Shown here: positions 34,128 through 45,107 of the stretch, piece after piece
Layout: every line of letters starts with the position of its first letter
Numbering within the stretch: the stretch's first letter is position 1
Notes under the pieces: generated by a model
The model's input: only the letters and a program-made list of their open reading frames with translations
The model's database searches: none
What the model was told of the DNA's origin: nothing
Made by a program: the position numbers and the translations under genes
Origin: Ruminococcus sp.
GTDB lineage: Bacteria; Bacillota; Clostridia; Oscillospirales; Ruminococcaceae
Direction of reading: 5' to 3'
DNA length: 51,967 nt
Assembly (NCBI GenBank): GCA_017458445.1
Contig: JAFTAX010000110.1
Span: 1-51,967 of the forward strand

Positions 34128-35342
34128 ATGCTTGACAAAAGGATATACTGGATTTGGCTCGTGCTGGTTTTTGGTGCAGCAAATCCGAGAATCTGGCAAC
34201 TGAGCGAAAAGTATAGTAATGCTGAGGACTTTGTCCGTGCATTAAAAAACGGAACTGTTGCCAATCTTACAGAAAATGAGAATAAGAATATAAAGAAATA
34301 TTCGATAAAAGATGCCGAAGCGATTTTGCAATATTGCAAAGACAAAGGCATAAACGTCTATTGTTATGAAAGTGAGGGCTATCCGCATAAGCTGAAAGGG
34401 ATTGCAAATCCACCGTCAGTTTTGTTTTGCTTAGGAAACCTTGACTTTTTGAACGATAAAATTTGTGTTGCAATTGTCGGCACACGAAAGCCATCGGAGT
34501 ATTCGGCCGATACCACAAGAAAGCTTTGCGAACAGCTTGCCGACCGTGGAATTTTGCTTGCGTCAGGTTTTGCGATGGGAATCGACAGAATAGCAAATGA
34601 AGTTTCACTTGAAAGACAGGTGAAGTCTGTTGCAGTATCTGGTGCCGCAATTGAGGACGACTATCCAAAGGGCAGCAGCGAGCTTAAAGAGCAGGTCTGC
34701 AAAAACGGCGTTGTAATTTCGGAATATTGCTCTGAGATAAAACCAAACAAAAGCTCGTTTGTACACCGAAACAGAATACTGACAGGGCTGTCTGACGGCG
34801 TTGTGTTCTGCGAGTGTTCAGCAGACAGCAAAGGCCTTGACAATGTTCGACACGCAGCAGTTCAGGGCAAGCCGATATTTGTACTTCCACCGCATGATGT
34901 TTTCGACCCGAGATATTTCGGACAGCGTGACCTTATAAGAAACGGTGCAACAGCTGTTTTCGGCGGTGTGGACATCTCAACAAATCTTGCATATACAAGG
35001 CTTGAGAGCATAAGGCTGCCTGAAGATTTCAAGTTGGCGTCCGATACTTCAGCCGAGCTTTTGGAAAAGCCTAAAAAGAAAAGCAGGCGTCGGCTGTTTA
35101 ATAAAAAAGCCAAAAAGAAAAATGATGATGTGGCAAAGCCTAAGATCGATATTGATTTATCATCTCTTGATGTAAACAAGCAGAAAATCTGCAAAGCACT
35201 TGAAAGTGGCAATCTTATTGTTGATGAGATTGTCAAGCAGACAGGAATTGATATATCATCTGTTTTGAATGATTTGATTGAGCTTGAAATCGAGGGAATA
35301 ATAACAGCATATCCTGGCAAAGTTTACGGGATTACAAAATAA
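34128..35342 (+). CDS. dprA: DNA-processing protein DprA (divergent)
   Basis: YPHKLKGIANPP, AIVGTR, SGFAMGID, ISEY, RNRILTGLS, C-terminal winged helix LIELEIEG; located upstream of topA. Confidence 0.88.
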   Translation: MLDKRIYWIWLVLVFGAANPRIWQLSEKYSNAEDFVRALKNGTVANLTENENKNIKKYSIKDAEAILQYCKDKGINVYCYESEGYPHKLKGIANPPSVLFCLGNLDFLNDKICVAIVGTRKPSEYSADTTRKLCEQLADRGILLASGFAMGIDRIANEVSLERQVKSVAVSGAAIEDDYPKGSSELKEQVCKNGVVISEYCSEIKPNKSSFVHRNRILTGLSDGVVFCECSADSKGLDNVRHAAVQGKPIFVLPPHDVFDPRYFGQRDLIRNGATAVFGGVDISTNLAYTRLESIRLPEDFKLASDTSAELLEKPKKKSRRRLFNKKAKKKNDDVAKPKIDIDLSSLDVNKQKICKALESGNLIVDEIVKQTGIDISSVLNDLIELEIEGIITAYPGKVYGITK

Positions 35343-35372
35343 AGAACAAAAAATAATGAACGGAGAATCGAA

Positions 35373-37463
35373 TTGGCAAATCTGATAATCGTTGAGTCAC
35401 CGACAAAGGTGAAAACCATAAAGAGATATTTGAATAATGATTATGAAGTTGTTGCATCAATGGGACACCTTCGTGATCTGCCGAAATCAAAACTTGGCGT
35501 TGATATTGATAATAATTTTGAGCCTTATTATACAAACATGAAGGACAAAGAGCATCTCATCAAGGACATCAAGAAAAAGGCTGCAAAATGTGACCATGTC
35601 TATCTTGCAGGAGACCCTGACCGTGAAGGAGAAGCAATTTCATGGCACTTGGCACAAATTCTTGGGCTTGATATGAATGACAAAAACCGTGTAACCTTTA
35701 ACGAGATTACAGAAAGCGGTATAAAAGCAGGAATGAGTGACCCGAGAACCATTGATCTTAATCTTGTGAACGCTCAGCAGGCAAGACGTATCCTTGACAG
35801 AATCGTGGGCTATAAGCTTTCACCATTTCTCTGGAGAAAGATACGCCGTGGACTTTCAGCAGGACGAGTGCAGTCTGTTGCGGTAAGAATGATATGCGAC
35901 CGTGAGAATGAGATAAGAGCATTCAAGCCACAGGAATACTGGTCTGTTGACGCAAAATTCCTTGCAAAAAACAGCAGAAAGGCATTTGCTGCAAAACTTA
36001 ATACCGTTGACGGCAAAAAGATTGAACTTAATTGCAAAGAGCAAGCTGACGAAATTCTTGCAAGACTTGACGGTGCAGAGTTTATAATTCAGAATGTCAA
36101 AAAAGGCGTTCACAGAAAATCACCTGCAGCACCGTTTACAACATCAACTCTCCAGCAGGAAGCGTCAAAGAAGCTGTCGTTCCAGACAAGACGTACAATG
36201 AAAGTTGCGCAGGAGCTTTATGAAGGTATCGAAATCGAGGATCTCGGTGCAACAGGTCTTATCACATATATGCGTACCGACAGCCTGAGAATTTCAGATG
36301 AAGCAAGAGCTGTAGCTTATGATTATATCAAGACTAATTACGGTGAGAAGTATATTCCTGATACACCAAAGAAATATAAGAAAAAGGGCAACTCTCAGGA
36401 CGCTCACGAAGCAATTCGTCCGACACACCCTGAGCTTACACCTGAGATGATTAAAAAGAGTGGTGTTACGAACGACCAGTACAAGCTCTATAAGCTAATC
36501 TGGGAGAGATTTATAGCAAGCCAGATGTCAAACTGCATTATGGATACCGTGTCGGTTGATATTGATGCAAACGGCTGCGTTTTCAAGGCAACAGGCTATT
36601 CTGTCAAGTTTGACGGTTTTACCGTACTTTATGAAGAAAGCAAGGACGATGATCACGATAAGAAAAACGTGTTGCCACCAATCAAAAAAGGTGACAAGCT
36701 AAAGCTCAGCAAACTTGAAGGTAATCAGCATTTCACACAGCCACCACCAAGATATACAGAAGCAACGCTTGTTAAAGCATTCGAGGAAACAGGTATCGGC
36801 AGACCGTCAACATACGTTCCGACAATCACGACAATACTTGCAAGAAGCTATGTTGAACGTGACGGAAAACAGCTTAAGCCAACACCTCTGGGTGAGGTTA
36901 CAAACCAGCTTATGCTCGAGCATTTTGACAAAATCGTTGACGTCGGATTTACAGCTAATATGGAAAACAGCCTTGACGCAGTTGAAACAGGCAAAAAGAG
37001 CTGGGTTAAGACGCTCGATGATTTCTATGGCGAGTTTAACAATGAGCTTGAAAAGGCAGAAAAAGCAATGGAAGGCAAACGCATGAAGGTGCCTGATGAA
37101 GAAACCGACCAGGTGTGCGAAGTGTGCGGAAAGCCTTTGGTAATAAAGATTGGAAAGTTCGGCAAGTTTATGGCTTGCTCTGGCTTCCCTGAGTGTACTT
37201 TTACAAAACGTATCGTTCAGGAAACGGGTGGTTTTTGTCCGTTCTGCGGCAAGAAAGTTTTGCAGAAAAAGTCCAAAAAGGGTAAGAAATACTACGGCTG
37301 TGAGGATAATCCGAACTGCTCATTTATGACATGGGATATGCCGACAGAGCATAAGTGCCCGAACTGCGATTCAACGCTTTTCCAGAAAGGCGGAAAGAAT
37401 GGAAAGCTTATCTGCCACAAGGAAAACTGCGGATATGAAAAGGATCTTTCAAATGACAGTTAA
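35373..37463 (+). CDS. topA: DNA topoisomerase I
   Basis: [50 protein letters not shown]-terminal zinc ribbons; TTG start. Confidence 0.98.
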   Translation: MANLIIVESPTKVKTIKRYLNNDYEVVASMGHLRDLPKSKLGVDIDNNFEPYYTNMKDKEHLIKDIKKKAAKCDHVYLAGDPDREGEAISWHLAQILGLDMNDKNRVTFNEITESGIKAGMSDPRTIDLNLVNAQQARRILDRIVGYKLSPFLWRKIRRGLSAGRVQSVAVRMICDRENEIRAFKPQEYWSVDAKFLAKNSRKAFAAKLNTVDGKKIELNCKEQADEILARLDGAEFIIQNVKKGVHRKSPAAPFTTSTLQQEASKKLSFQTRRTMKVAQELYEGIEIEDLGATGLITYMRTDSLRISDEARAVAYDYIKTNYGEKYIPDTPKKYKKKGNSQDAHEAIRPTHPELTPEMIKKSGVTNDQYKLYKLIWERFIASQMSNCIMDTVSVDIDANGCVFKATGYSVKFDGFTVLYEESKDDDHDKKNVLPPIKKGDKLKLSKLEGNQHFTQPPPRYTEATLVKAFEETGIGRPSTYVPTITTILARSYVERDGKQLKPTPLGEVTNQLMLEHFDKIVDVGFTANMENSLDAVETGKKSWVKTLDDFYGEFNNELEKAEKAMEGKRMKVPDEETDQVCEVCGKPLVIKIGKFGKFMACSGFPECTFTKRIVQETGGFCPFCGKKVLQKKSKKGKKYYGCEDNPNCSFMTWDMPTEHKCPNCDSTLFQKGGKNGKLICHKENCGYEKDLSNDS

Positions 37464-38769
37464 AGTCATCGGTGCAGGCCTTGCAGGGTGCGAAGCCGCA
37501 TGGCAGTTAGCTAATGCAGGGATATCGGTTGAGCTTTATGAGATGAAGCCTAAGAAGTTTTCACCTGCTCATAAGTATAAAGGCTTTGCTGAGCTTGTTT
37601 GCTCAAATTCATTGAAGGCTGACAGAATCGCATCAGCAGCAGGTATGCTTAAAGAGGAAATGCGAAGGCTCGGCTCGGTTATTATGGAGTGTGCCGAAAA
37701 GACAAAGGTTTCAGCAGGCGGTGCACTTGCAGTTGACAGAGAAAAGTTTTCAGACTTGGTGACTGAAAAAATCAGGAGCCACGAGAACATCACTGTCATT
37801 GAAGACGAGGTAACTAATATCCCTGACGGCAATGTTATAATCGCAACAGGACCGCTTACATCTGACACACTGGCGGAGGATATAAAGAATATCACTGGAG
37901 ATTATCTTTATTTTCATGATGCTGCAGCACCGATAGTTACCTATGAAAGCCTTGATAAAGACAAGGTGTTCTTTGCCTCACGATATGGCAAAGGCGAGGC
38001 TGACTATATTAACTGCCCTATGGAAAAAGATGAATATCTTGCGTTTTACAATGCACTTATAAATGCTGAATCTGCACCTTTAAAGGAGCATGACAAGGAG
38101 CATTTTTCAAAGGACAATTTCAAGGTCTATGAGGGCTGTATGCCGATTGAAGTGCTTGCAAAACGTGGCGAGGATACAATGCGTTTCGGACCGCTTAAAC
38201 CTGTGGGACTGACTGATCCGAAAACGGGCAGACGGCCTTATGCGGTTGTACAGCTTCGTGCAGAAAATTCCCATGGTACGCTATATAACCTTGTGGGATT
38301 TCAGACAAATCTCAAGTTTGGCGAGCAAAAGCGTGTATTTTCAATGATACCAGGGCTTGAGAATGCAGAGTTTATGAGATATGGCGTAATGCACAGAAAC
38401 ACGTTTATCAATTCGCCAAAGCTTCTTACCGAGCATTTTAATTGCAGGAAGCGTGAAAACCTGTTTTTTGCTGGGCAGATTACAGGCGTTGAGGGTTATA
38501 TCGAATCTGCTGCAAGCGGTATTATGGCAGGGCTTAATATGGCAAGAATGTTACAGGGTAAAGACATGGTGTCACTGCCTGAAACAACAATGCTTGGAGC
38601 TTTGTCAAAGTATGTTAGCGATACTACAGTTGAGCAGTTTCAGCCTATGGGCTGTAATATGGGTATACTGCCGTCACTACCTGAGAGAATCAAGGACAAA
38701 AAGGAAAAATATCAGGTTCTGGCAGAACGTGGATTGTCGGACCTTGATGAGTGTATAAAGAATTTCTGA
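37453..38769 (+). CDS. trmFO: Methylenetetrahydrofolate--tRNA-(uracil-54) methyltransferase TrmFO
   Basis: [54 protein letters not shown]. Confidence 0.97.
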   Translation: MTVKVIGAGLAGCEAAWQLANAGISVELYEMKPKKFSPAHKYKGFAELVCSNSLKADRIASAAGMLKEEMRRLGSVIMECAEKTKVSAGGALAVDREKFSDLVTEKIRSHENITVIEDEVTNIPDGNVIIATGPLTSDTLAEDIKNITGDYLYFHDAAAPIVTYESLDKDKVFFASRYGKGEADYINCPMEKDEYLAFYNALINAESAPLKEHDKEHFSKDNFKVYEGCMPIEVLAKRGEDTMRFGPLKPVGLTDPKTGRRPYAVVQLRAENSHGTLYNLVGFQTNLKFGEQKRVFSMIPGLENAEFMRYGVMHRNTFINSPKLLTEHFNCRKRENLFFAGQITGVEGYIESAASGIMAGLNMARMLQGKDMVSLPETTMLGALSKYVSDTTVEQFQPMGCNMGILPSLPERIKDKKEKYQVLAERGLSDLDECIKNF

Positions 38770-38785
38770 TGAAAGGATTGTTAGT

Positions 38786-39784
38786 ATGAATATTGTAATA
38801 GATGCATTCGGCGGAGATAATGCACCGCTTGAAGTGCTTAAAGGTGCATCACAGGCACAGGCTGATTTTGATATTGATATCACACTTGTTGGTGACGAAG
38901 CGACAATAAAAAAGTGTGCTGAGGATAACTCCGTTGACATTTCAAAGCTGAGAATTAAGCAGGCTGACACTGTGATTGACGTTTGCGAAGAGCCTACTAA
39001 TGTAATAAAGAGCAAGAAGGACTGCTCAATGGCCGTTGGTATGAAAATGCTTGCAGACGGCGAAGGTGATGCTTTTGTTTCAGCAGGCTCAACAGGAGCT
39101 TTGGTCGTTGGCGCAACATTTATCGTTAAACGTCAGAAAGGCATTAAGCGTCCTGCACTTGCAACAATTCTGCCGACATCAGGTGCACCAGCTATGCTTC
39201 TGGACAGCGGTGCAAATGCAGACTGCCGTCCTGAAATGCTTGTACAGTTTGCGATCATGGGCAGTGCATATATGAACAAGATTCTCGGCGTTGAGTCACC
39301 AAAGGTCGGACTTGTGAATATCGGCTCTGAAGAATCAAAGGGCAGAGAGCTTGAGCTTGAAACATATCAGCAACTAAAGGTAGCACCTGTAAACTTCACA
39401 GGAAATATTGAAGCAAGACAGATTCCAATGGGCGACTGTGACGTTGTTGTAACTGACGGATTCAGTGGAAATCTTTTGCTAAAACTTTATGAAGGCATGG
39501 CAAAATTCTTTGCAGGCGAGCTTAAGGGAATGCTCACAGCAAACTTCAAGTCAAAGATTGCTGCACTTTTAGTGCTTAAGAATATCAAGATTTTCAGAAA
39601 AAAGGTTGACTATTCCGAATATGGCGGAGCACCGCTTCTTGGTACTGCTAAGCCTGTAATTAAGGCTCACGGAAGCAGTAATGCTAAAGCATTTTACAAC
39701 GCAATCAGACAGGCAAAGCTTTTTACTGAAACAAATGTTATTGATGAAATCAGCAACGCTTTGCAGTCGATGAAACAAGAGTAA
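38786..39784 (+). CDS. plsX: Phosphate acyltransferase PlsX
   Basis: DAFGGDNAP, SAGSTGA, RPALA, LDSGAN, VTDGFSGN, YGGAPLLG, KAHGSS. Confidence 0.97.
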   Translation: MNIVIDAFGGDNAPLEVLKGASQAQADFDIDITLVGDEATIKKCAEDNSVDISKLRIKQADTVIDVCEEPTNVIKSKKDCSMAVGMKMLADGEGDAFVSAGSTGALVVGATFIVKRQKGIKRPALATILPTSGAPAMLLDSGANADCRPEMLVQFAIMGSAYMNKILGVESPKVGLVNIGSEESKGRELELETYQQLKVAPVNFTGNIEARQIPMGDCDVVVTDGFSGNLLLKLYEGMAKFFAGELKGMLTANFKSKIAALLVLKNIKIFRKKVDYSEYGGAPLLGTAKPVIKAHGSSNAKAFYNAIRQAKLFTETNVIDEISNALQSMKQE

Positions 39785-39824
39785 TTCACATTTTAGGAGG
39801 ATATGCATTAAGCATAATCACGCT

Positions 39825-40523
39825 ATGAACGAAAAAGAACGTATGGATCAGTTCCAGCAAAAGATTGGATATAAGTTTAAAAATGACAAACTGCTTTTCG
39901 AAGCGTTGTCACATTCATCTTTTGCAAATGAAAATAAAAAGCAGAGAAACAGCAACGAGCGACTTGAATTCTTGGGCGATTCGGTTCTCTCGATAGTTGT
40001 GTCAGACTATATTTTCGAGCATTTCAAGCATCTGCCAGAAGGTGAGCTGACAAAGCTTAGGGCATCGCTTGTATGCGAGCAGTCGCTGTTTGAATTTTCA
40101 AAAAAGATAGATCTTGGTGATTATATCTTTCTTGGAAAAGGCGAGGAGCTGACTGGAGGAAGAACACGTCCGTCAATTATCTCTGACGCTTTCGAAGCTG
40201 TTATTGCAGCGATTTACCTTGACGGTGGAATAAAGCCTGTTACGGATTATATTCTGTCTTTTATTCCAAAGGACATTTCGCCAAAGGGTGCAAAAAGCTT
40301 TCACGATTATAAAACAATGCTTCAGGAGGTTATCCAGAAGAATCCTGAGGAAAAAATCGAGTATTATCTCAAGAACGAGTCTGGCCCTGACCATGACAAG
40401 AATTTCACCGTTCAGGTGTTACTCAACAACAACGTTATCGGCGAAGGCACTGGTCATTCAAAGAAAAATGCCGAGCAGGACGCTGCAAGAGAAGCACTCG
40501 AGCTTATGGGCATAAAGGTGTAA
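39825..40523 (+). CDS. rnc: Ribonuclease III
   Basis: NERLEFLGDSVL, DAFEAVIAAIYLD, dsRBD DYKTMLQE..GPDH. Confidence 0.98.
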   Translation: MNEKERMDQFQQKIGYKFKNDKLLFEALSHSSFANENKKQRNSNERLEFLGDSVLSIVVSDYIFEHFKHLPEGELTKLRASLVCEQSLFEFSKKIDLGDYIFLGKGEELTGGRTRPSIISDAFEAVIAAIYLDGGIKPVTDYILSFIPKDISPKGAKSFHDYKTMLQEVIQKNPEEKIEYYLKNESGPDHDKNFTVQVLLNNNVIGEGTGHSKKNAEQDAAREALELMGIKV

Positions 40524-40524
40524 A

Positions 40525-41538
40525 ATGGCACATAGCAACATTTCAATTTTCGTGCCTCATGTAGGCTGTCCGCATACTTGTTCATTTTGCAATCAACGGA
40601 CGATAACTGGTGTTGAGCAAATTCCGAACGCTGATGATGTGAGAGAAACCTGCACTCGGGCGTTAAGCGAGGTAGCAGACTACAAATCAACTGAAATCGC
40701 ATTTTTCGGTGGCAGCTTTACAGCAATCCCGAGAGATTATATGCTTGAGCTTTTGAATGCAGCGTTTGAATTTGTCGGCAATGATAAATTTGGTGGTATC
40801 AGAATTTCAACCCGACCTGACTGCATAGACGAGGATATTTTGGCTTTGCTTAAGGCTCACGGCGTTACAGCTATTGAGCTGGGTGCACAGTCGATGAGCG
40901 ATAAAGTGCTAAAAGCAAACGAGCGTGGACATACATCAGATGACGTTATCCGTGCATCAGAGCTTATAAAACAGAATGGCTTTGAGCTTGGTTTGCAGAT
41001 GATGACAGGGCTTTTTCAGTCGTCAAGTGCTGATGATATCTATACCATGCAGGAGATTATTAAGCTAAAGCCAAAGACGGTGCGAATCTATCCTGTGGCA
41101 GTGCTGAAAGGTACAAAGCTTGCGAGTCTTTATCAGTCGGGAGAGTATAAACTTGTCAGCTTTGATGAGATGGTAAAGCTTTGTGTAGAGATGTTAAAAG
41201 CTTTTCATAATGCTGAGATTGATGTTATAAGATGCGGGCTGCACTCGTCTGAAACTGTGGAGCAGGACATAGTCGCAGGCTTTTATCACCCGGCATTTCG
41301 TGAGATTTGTATATCACAGCTTTTCAGATATGCAATAGAGAAATATGCTGACAAAAGCATTAAAACCGAAGTATATGTGTCAGGCTCGTCAATTAGTACG
41401 GCTGTCGGTCATAAAAAAGCCAACAAACAGTATTTTGAAGAGAATGGCTATATAATAGATTTTAAAGTGGATAACACACTGGAAAAAGATGAAATAAGAA
41501 TTAATAAGGACGTTTACAATGTATTTGAAATCACTTGA
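40525..41538 (+). CDS. Radical SAM protein (ELP3/HemN-like)
   Basis: GCPHTCSFCNQ, FFGGSFT, ISTRPD, IELGAQS, RIYP, YHPAF. Confidence 0.88.
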   Translation: MAHSNISIFVPHVGCPHTCSFCNQRTITGVEQIPNADDVRETCTRALSEVADYKSTEIAFFGGSFTAIPRDYMLELLNAAFEFVGNDKFGGIRISTRPDCIDEDILALLKAHGVTAIELGAQSMSDKVLKANERGHTSDDVIRASELIKQNGFELGLQMMTGLFQSSSADDIYTMQEIIKLKPKTVRIYPVAVLKGTKLASLYQSGEYKLVSFDEMVKLCVEMLKAFHNAEIDVIRCGLHSSETVEQDIVAGFYHPAFREICISQLFRYAIEKYADKSIKTEVYVSGSSISTAVGHKKANKQYFEENGYIIDFKVDNTLEKDEIRINKDVYNVFEIT

Positions 41539-44500
41539 ATTACAGGGGTTTAAGTCTTTCCCTGACAAAATAAAGCTTGATTTTAATAAGGGTATATCAG
41601 CGGTTGTTGGTCCGAACGGTTCGGGAAAATCAAACATCGGTGATGCTATGCGTTGGGTTATGGGCGAGCAGTCGTCAAAAACTCTGCGTGGCGGAAAGAT
41701 GGAGGACGTAATTTTCCTTGGCACAAAAACAAGACCAAAGGCTGGCTTTGCACACGTTACACTCACTATCGACAATGAAGACAGGTCGCTGGACTTTGAT
41801 TCGGATTTAGTATCGGTGTCCAGAAAATTGTACAGAAACGGCGACAGTGAATACATGATAAACGGTGCAAATGTGCGTCTTAAGGATGTAGTTGAGCTGT
41901 TTATGGACACAGGCCTTGGACGTGACGGATATTCAATCATCGGACAGGGCAGAATTGCGGACATCGTCAGCAGCAAGTCTACAGAACGTCGTGAGATTTT
42001 TGAAGAGGCAGCAGGTATATCCAAATTCAGATATAAAAAGGCTGAGGCTGAGAGAAAGCTTGCTTATGCTGAGGATAATATTTCGAGGCTTAATGATATT
42101 TTAGGCGAGCTTGAAGGACGTATCGGGCCGCTCAAAAAGCAGTCTGAAAAGGCAAAGCAGTTCAGAGTGCTTGATGATGAAAAAAGCAAGCTGGAGATTT
42201 CCGTCTGGGTGTATAAGCTTGACAGATACACAGAAGATCTAAAGGGCTTTGAGGATAAGCTTGCCGATTTGGATAAGCAGTATACTGAGCTTACTGATGA
42301 GCTTGAAAAACTTGAAAATGATATTGAGAATTCATTCTCAGCAAGTGCGGAGAAGTCTGCACAGATTGATGAGCTTAAAGAAAAGATTCATGCGGTTGAG
42401 CTTGAAAACACCGAGTCTGCTGCAAAAATCGCTGTATTTGAAAATGACATCAGTCACCTTGAGGAAGGAATTGTTCAGTTAAAAGAGCAGATTGAGCAGT
42501 CAAGAAACTCAAAATATTTTCTTGAAACTGAGCTTTCAAAACGAAATGATGACCTCAAGGAGCTTGACAAGCAAAAGGAAAAGCTTGAGAAAGATATTGA
42601 TGAAAAGGAAAAGGAATTTGATGAATTCTCCAGCATTTCACAGGAATATGACAAAACACTTGCTGATTCTTCAGGTGCAATAAACAGCCTTTATCTTAAA
42701 AAGTCTGAGTTTAATTTCAAGATTGTAGCTGCAAAAAATCTGCTGTCTGATATTAATTCAGATATTGCACAGTTGATTGAAAGCAAGAACGATGTTGACG
42801 CTAAGGAAAAGTTTATTTCAAAAGATATTTCCGAGCTTCAAAGCTCAAAGCAGAGAAGTGAAGAAAAGGCTGAGGATAATCAAAACAGATTGTCTGGCTT
42901 TGAAAAACTGTTTGAAACCAAATCAGCTAAGCTTGAAAAGGCAAATGCTGATTTTTCGGAGAATGATATAAAGCTTCGTGAAAGCAGGCAGAAGCTCACT
43001 TTGTTGCACGATCTTGAAAACTCAATGGAAGGCTTTGCATACAGCGTTAAGCATATTATAAACGCTTCAAAGCAGGGCAGAATCAGTGGCGTTTTCGGCT
43101 CGGTTGCACAGATTATTTCTGTTGAGCCTGAGTATAATATTGCCATTGAAACGGCACTTGGCGGTGCGTTGCAGAACATTGTAGTTGAAAATGAAGATAG
43201 TGCAAAACGTGGCATAAGACTGCTTAAGGAAGCAAAGGCTGGCCGTGCAACATTCCTGCCGCTAACTTCCGTCAAGGGCTCAAGGCTTGACAAGGACCTG
43301 TCTGACGAAGAAGGCTTTGTGGCACTTGGTTGCGACCTTGTAAAAGCGGACAAGAAGTTTGGCGATATTATTGATTCGCTTTTAGGACGTGTTTGCATTG
43401 CGGAGGACATTGACCTTGCGGCAGTTATTGCAAAGAAGTATGACTATAAGTTCAAGATTGTTACACTTGACGGTCAGATTATCAATGCAGGCGGATATTT
43501 CACTGGCGGAAGCGTTTCAAAGACTACTGGTATTCTCACAAGAAAAAGCGAGATTGAAGCACTTGAAAAAGAAGTTGAGAAGCTCGAAGCTGAGCATGAA
43601 AAGCTTGCTGACATGGCAGAGCAGTTAAAGCAGGAAACTGCAAAGCTGTCTGCTGATATCGAGGGCGTAAAGGAACAGTTGTCAATTATAAACAGCGAAA
43701 TACTGAAAGTTGATATGGAAATTAAGCGTGCGTCTGAGATTCGATGCCAGTATGAAGACCAGCTTGATGAAATTGACAGAAAGCTTGAAGAGAATAAAGA
43801 GAGAATCAAGAACACTCAAAAAGAGCTTGAGGATTCTAACGTTATGCTCACACAGCTTGACAAGGATATTTTTGACAAGGAAGCTGACCTTGAAGCTTCA
43901 CAGACAAAGCAGTCTGAGCTTAAGGATAAGCGAGAGCTCCTGACAACAGAGCTGTCAAACCTCAGAATGAAAGCTATTGAGATTGCAAAGGACAGAGAAA
44001 CCTGCCTTTTGTCAATCGAACAGCTTAATTCAACGATTGATAATAACAATACTGACAGTGGCAAGCTTGATGAAAGAGTCCTGCAAAGTCAGAAGGATAT
44101 TAAAGACAAGCAAAAAGAGATTGAGAAAATCAAGAACTATATGTCGGGCTTTGATGGCAGGGTAGCTGAGATAGAAAAGAGCATTGAAGCTGCAAGACAA
44201 GAGCATATTGTGCTTGATGGCAAGTCTAACAGCTTAAGGTCGGAACAAAAGATTAAAATGGAAGAAAAGGAAACTCTTTATGCTGAGATTTCAAGACTTT
44301 CAGAGAGAAAGATTTCCGTAACAGCCGATTTTGACAAGCTTGCAGGACAGCTCTGGGACGACTATGAGCTTACAAGAAGTGAAGCGGTTGAAAAGGCTGA
44401 AAAGCTTGAAAACATTGCTGATGCAAACAAACAGCTAGCTGAACTCAGAGGTAAGATTAAATCTCTTGGAAATGTAAATCTTGGCGCAATTGAAGAGTAT

Positions 44501-45082
44501 GCTGAGGTATCTGAAAGATATGAATTCATGAGCGAACAGCTTGGCGATGTAACAAGGTCCAAGCTTGAGCTTGAAGAGCTTATCAGTGATCTTACTGAGA
44601 ACATGAAGGCAATCTTTACCGACAGTTTCTATAAGATTAACGATAACTTCAAAAAGATATTCTCGGAGCTGTTTGGCGGTGGACAGGGCGAGCTTGTGCT
44701 GTCTGACCCTGATAATGTGCTTGACTGCGGAATCGATATCAAGGTTGAGCCACCTGGAAAGGTGATTAAGAATCTGATGTCGCTGTCGGGCGGTGAGCAG
44801 GCGTTTGTTGCAATTGCAATTTACTTCTCGATACTGAAAGTGCGTCCGTCACCATTCTGTCTGCTTGATGAGATTGAAGCTGCACTTGATGATGTAAATG
44901 TCGTGAGATATGCACAGTATCTACATAAATTTACCGACTCAACACAGTTTATTGCAATCACGCACAGACGTGGTACAATGGAAGAAGCTGACGTGCTTTA
45001 TGGCGTAACAATGCAGGAAAACGGCATTTCAAAGCTGCTTAAGATGAACATGGAAGATACAAAGCACTTAAAGCTTGATTAA
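41519..45082 (+). CDS. smc: Chromosome segregation protein SMC
   Basis: GFKSF, GPNGSGKSN, hinge GRATFLPL, LSGGE, LLDEIEAALD, ITHRRGTM. Confidence 0.98.
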   Translation: MYLKSLELQGFKSFPDKIKLDFNKGISAVVGPNGSGKSNIGDAMRWVMGEQSSKTLRGGKMEDVIFLGTKTRPKAGFAHVTLTIDNEDRSLDFDSDLVSVSRKLYRNGDSEYMINGANVRLKDVVELFMDTGLGRDGYSIIGQGRIADIVSSKSTERREIFEEAAGISKFRYKKAEAERKLAYAEDNISRLNDILGELEGRIGPLKKQSEKAKQFRVLDDEKSKLEISVWVYKLDRYTEDLKGFEDKLADLDKQYTELTDELEKLENDIENSFSASAEKSAQIDELKEKIHAVELENTESAAKIAVFENDISHLEEGIVQLKEQIEQSRNSKYFLETELSKRNDDLKELDKQKEKLEKDIDEKEKEFDEFSSISQEYDKTLADSSGAINSLYLKKSEFNFKIVAAKNLLSDINSDIAQLIESKNDVDAKEKFISKDISELQSSKQRSEEKAEDNQNRLSGFEKLFETKSAKLEKANADFSENDIKLRESRQKLTLLHDLENSMEGFAYSVKHIINASKQGRISGVFGSVAQIISVEPEYNIAIETALGGALQNIVVENEDSAKRGIRLLKEAKAGRATFLPLTSVKGSRLDKDLSDEEGFVALGCDLVKADKKFGDIIDSLLGRVCIAEDIDLAAVIAKKYDYKFKIVTLDGQIINAGGYFTGGSVSKTTGILTRKSEIEALEKEVEKLEAEHEKLADMAEQLKQETAKLSADIEGVKEQLSIINSEILKVDMEIKRASEIRCQYEDQLDEIDRKLEENKERIKNTQKELEDSNVMLTQLDKDIFDKEADLEASQTKQSELKDKRELLTTELSNLRMKAIEIAKDRETCLLSIEQLNSTIDNNNTDSGKLDERVLQSQKDIKDKQKEIEKIKNYMSGFDGRVAEIEKSIEAARQEHIVLDGKSNSLRSEQKIKMEEKETLYAEISRLSERKISVTADFDKLAGQLWDDYELTRSEAVEKAEKLENIADANKQLAELRGKIKSLGNVNLGAIEEYAEVSERYEFMSEQLGDVTRSKLELEELISDLTENMKAIFTDSFYKINDNFKKIFSELFGGGQGELVLSDPDNVLDCGIDIKVEPPGKVIKNLMSLSGGEQAFVAIAIYFSILKVRPSPFCLLDEIEAALDDVNVVRYAQYLHKFTDSTQFIAITHRRGTMEEADVLYGVTMQENGISKLLKMNMEDTKHLKLD

Positions 45083-45107
45083 GCATTATATTAATTAGGA
45101 GATAAAT

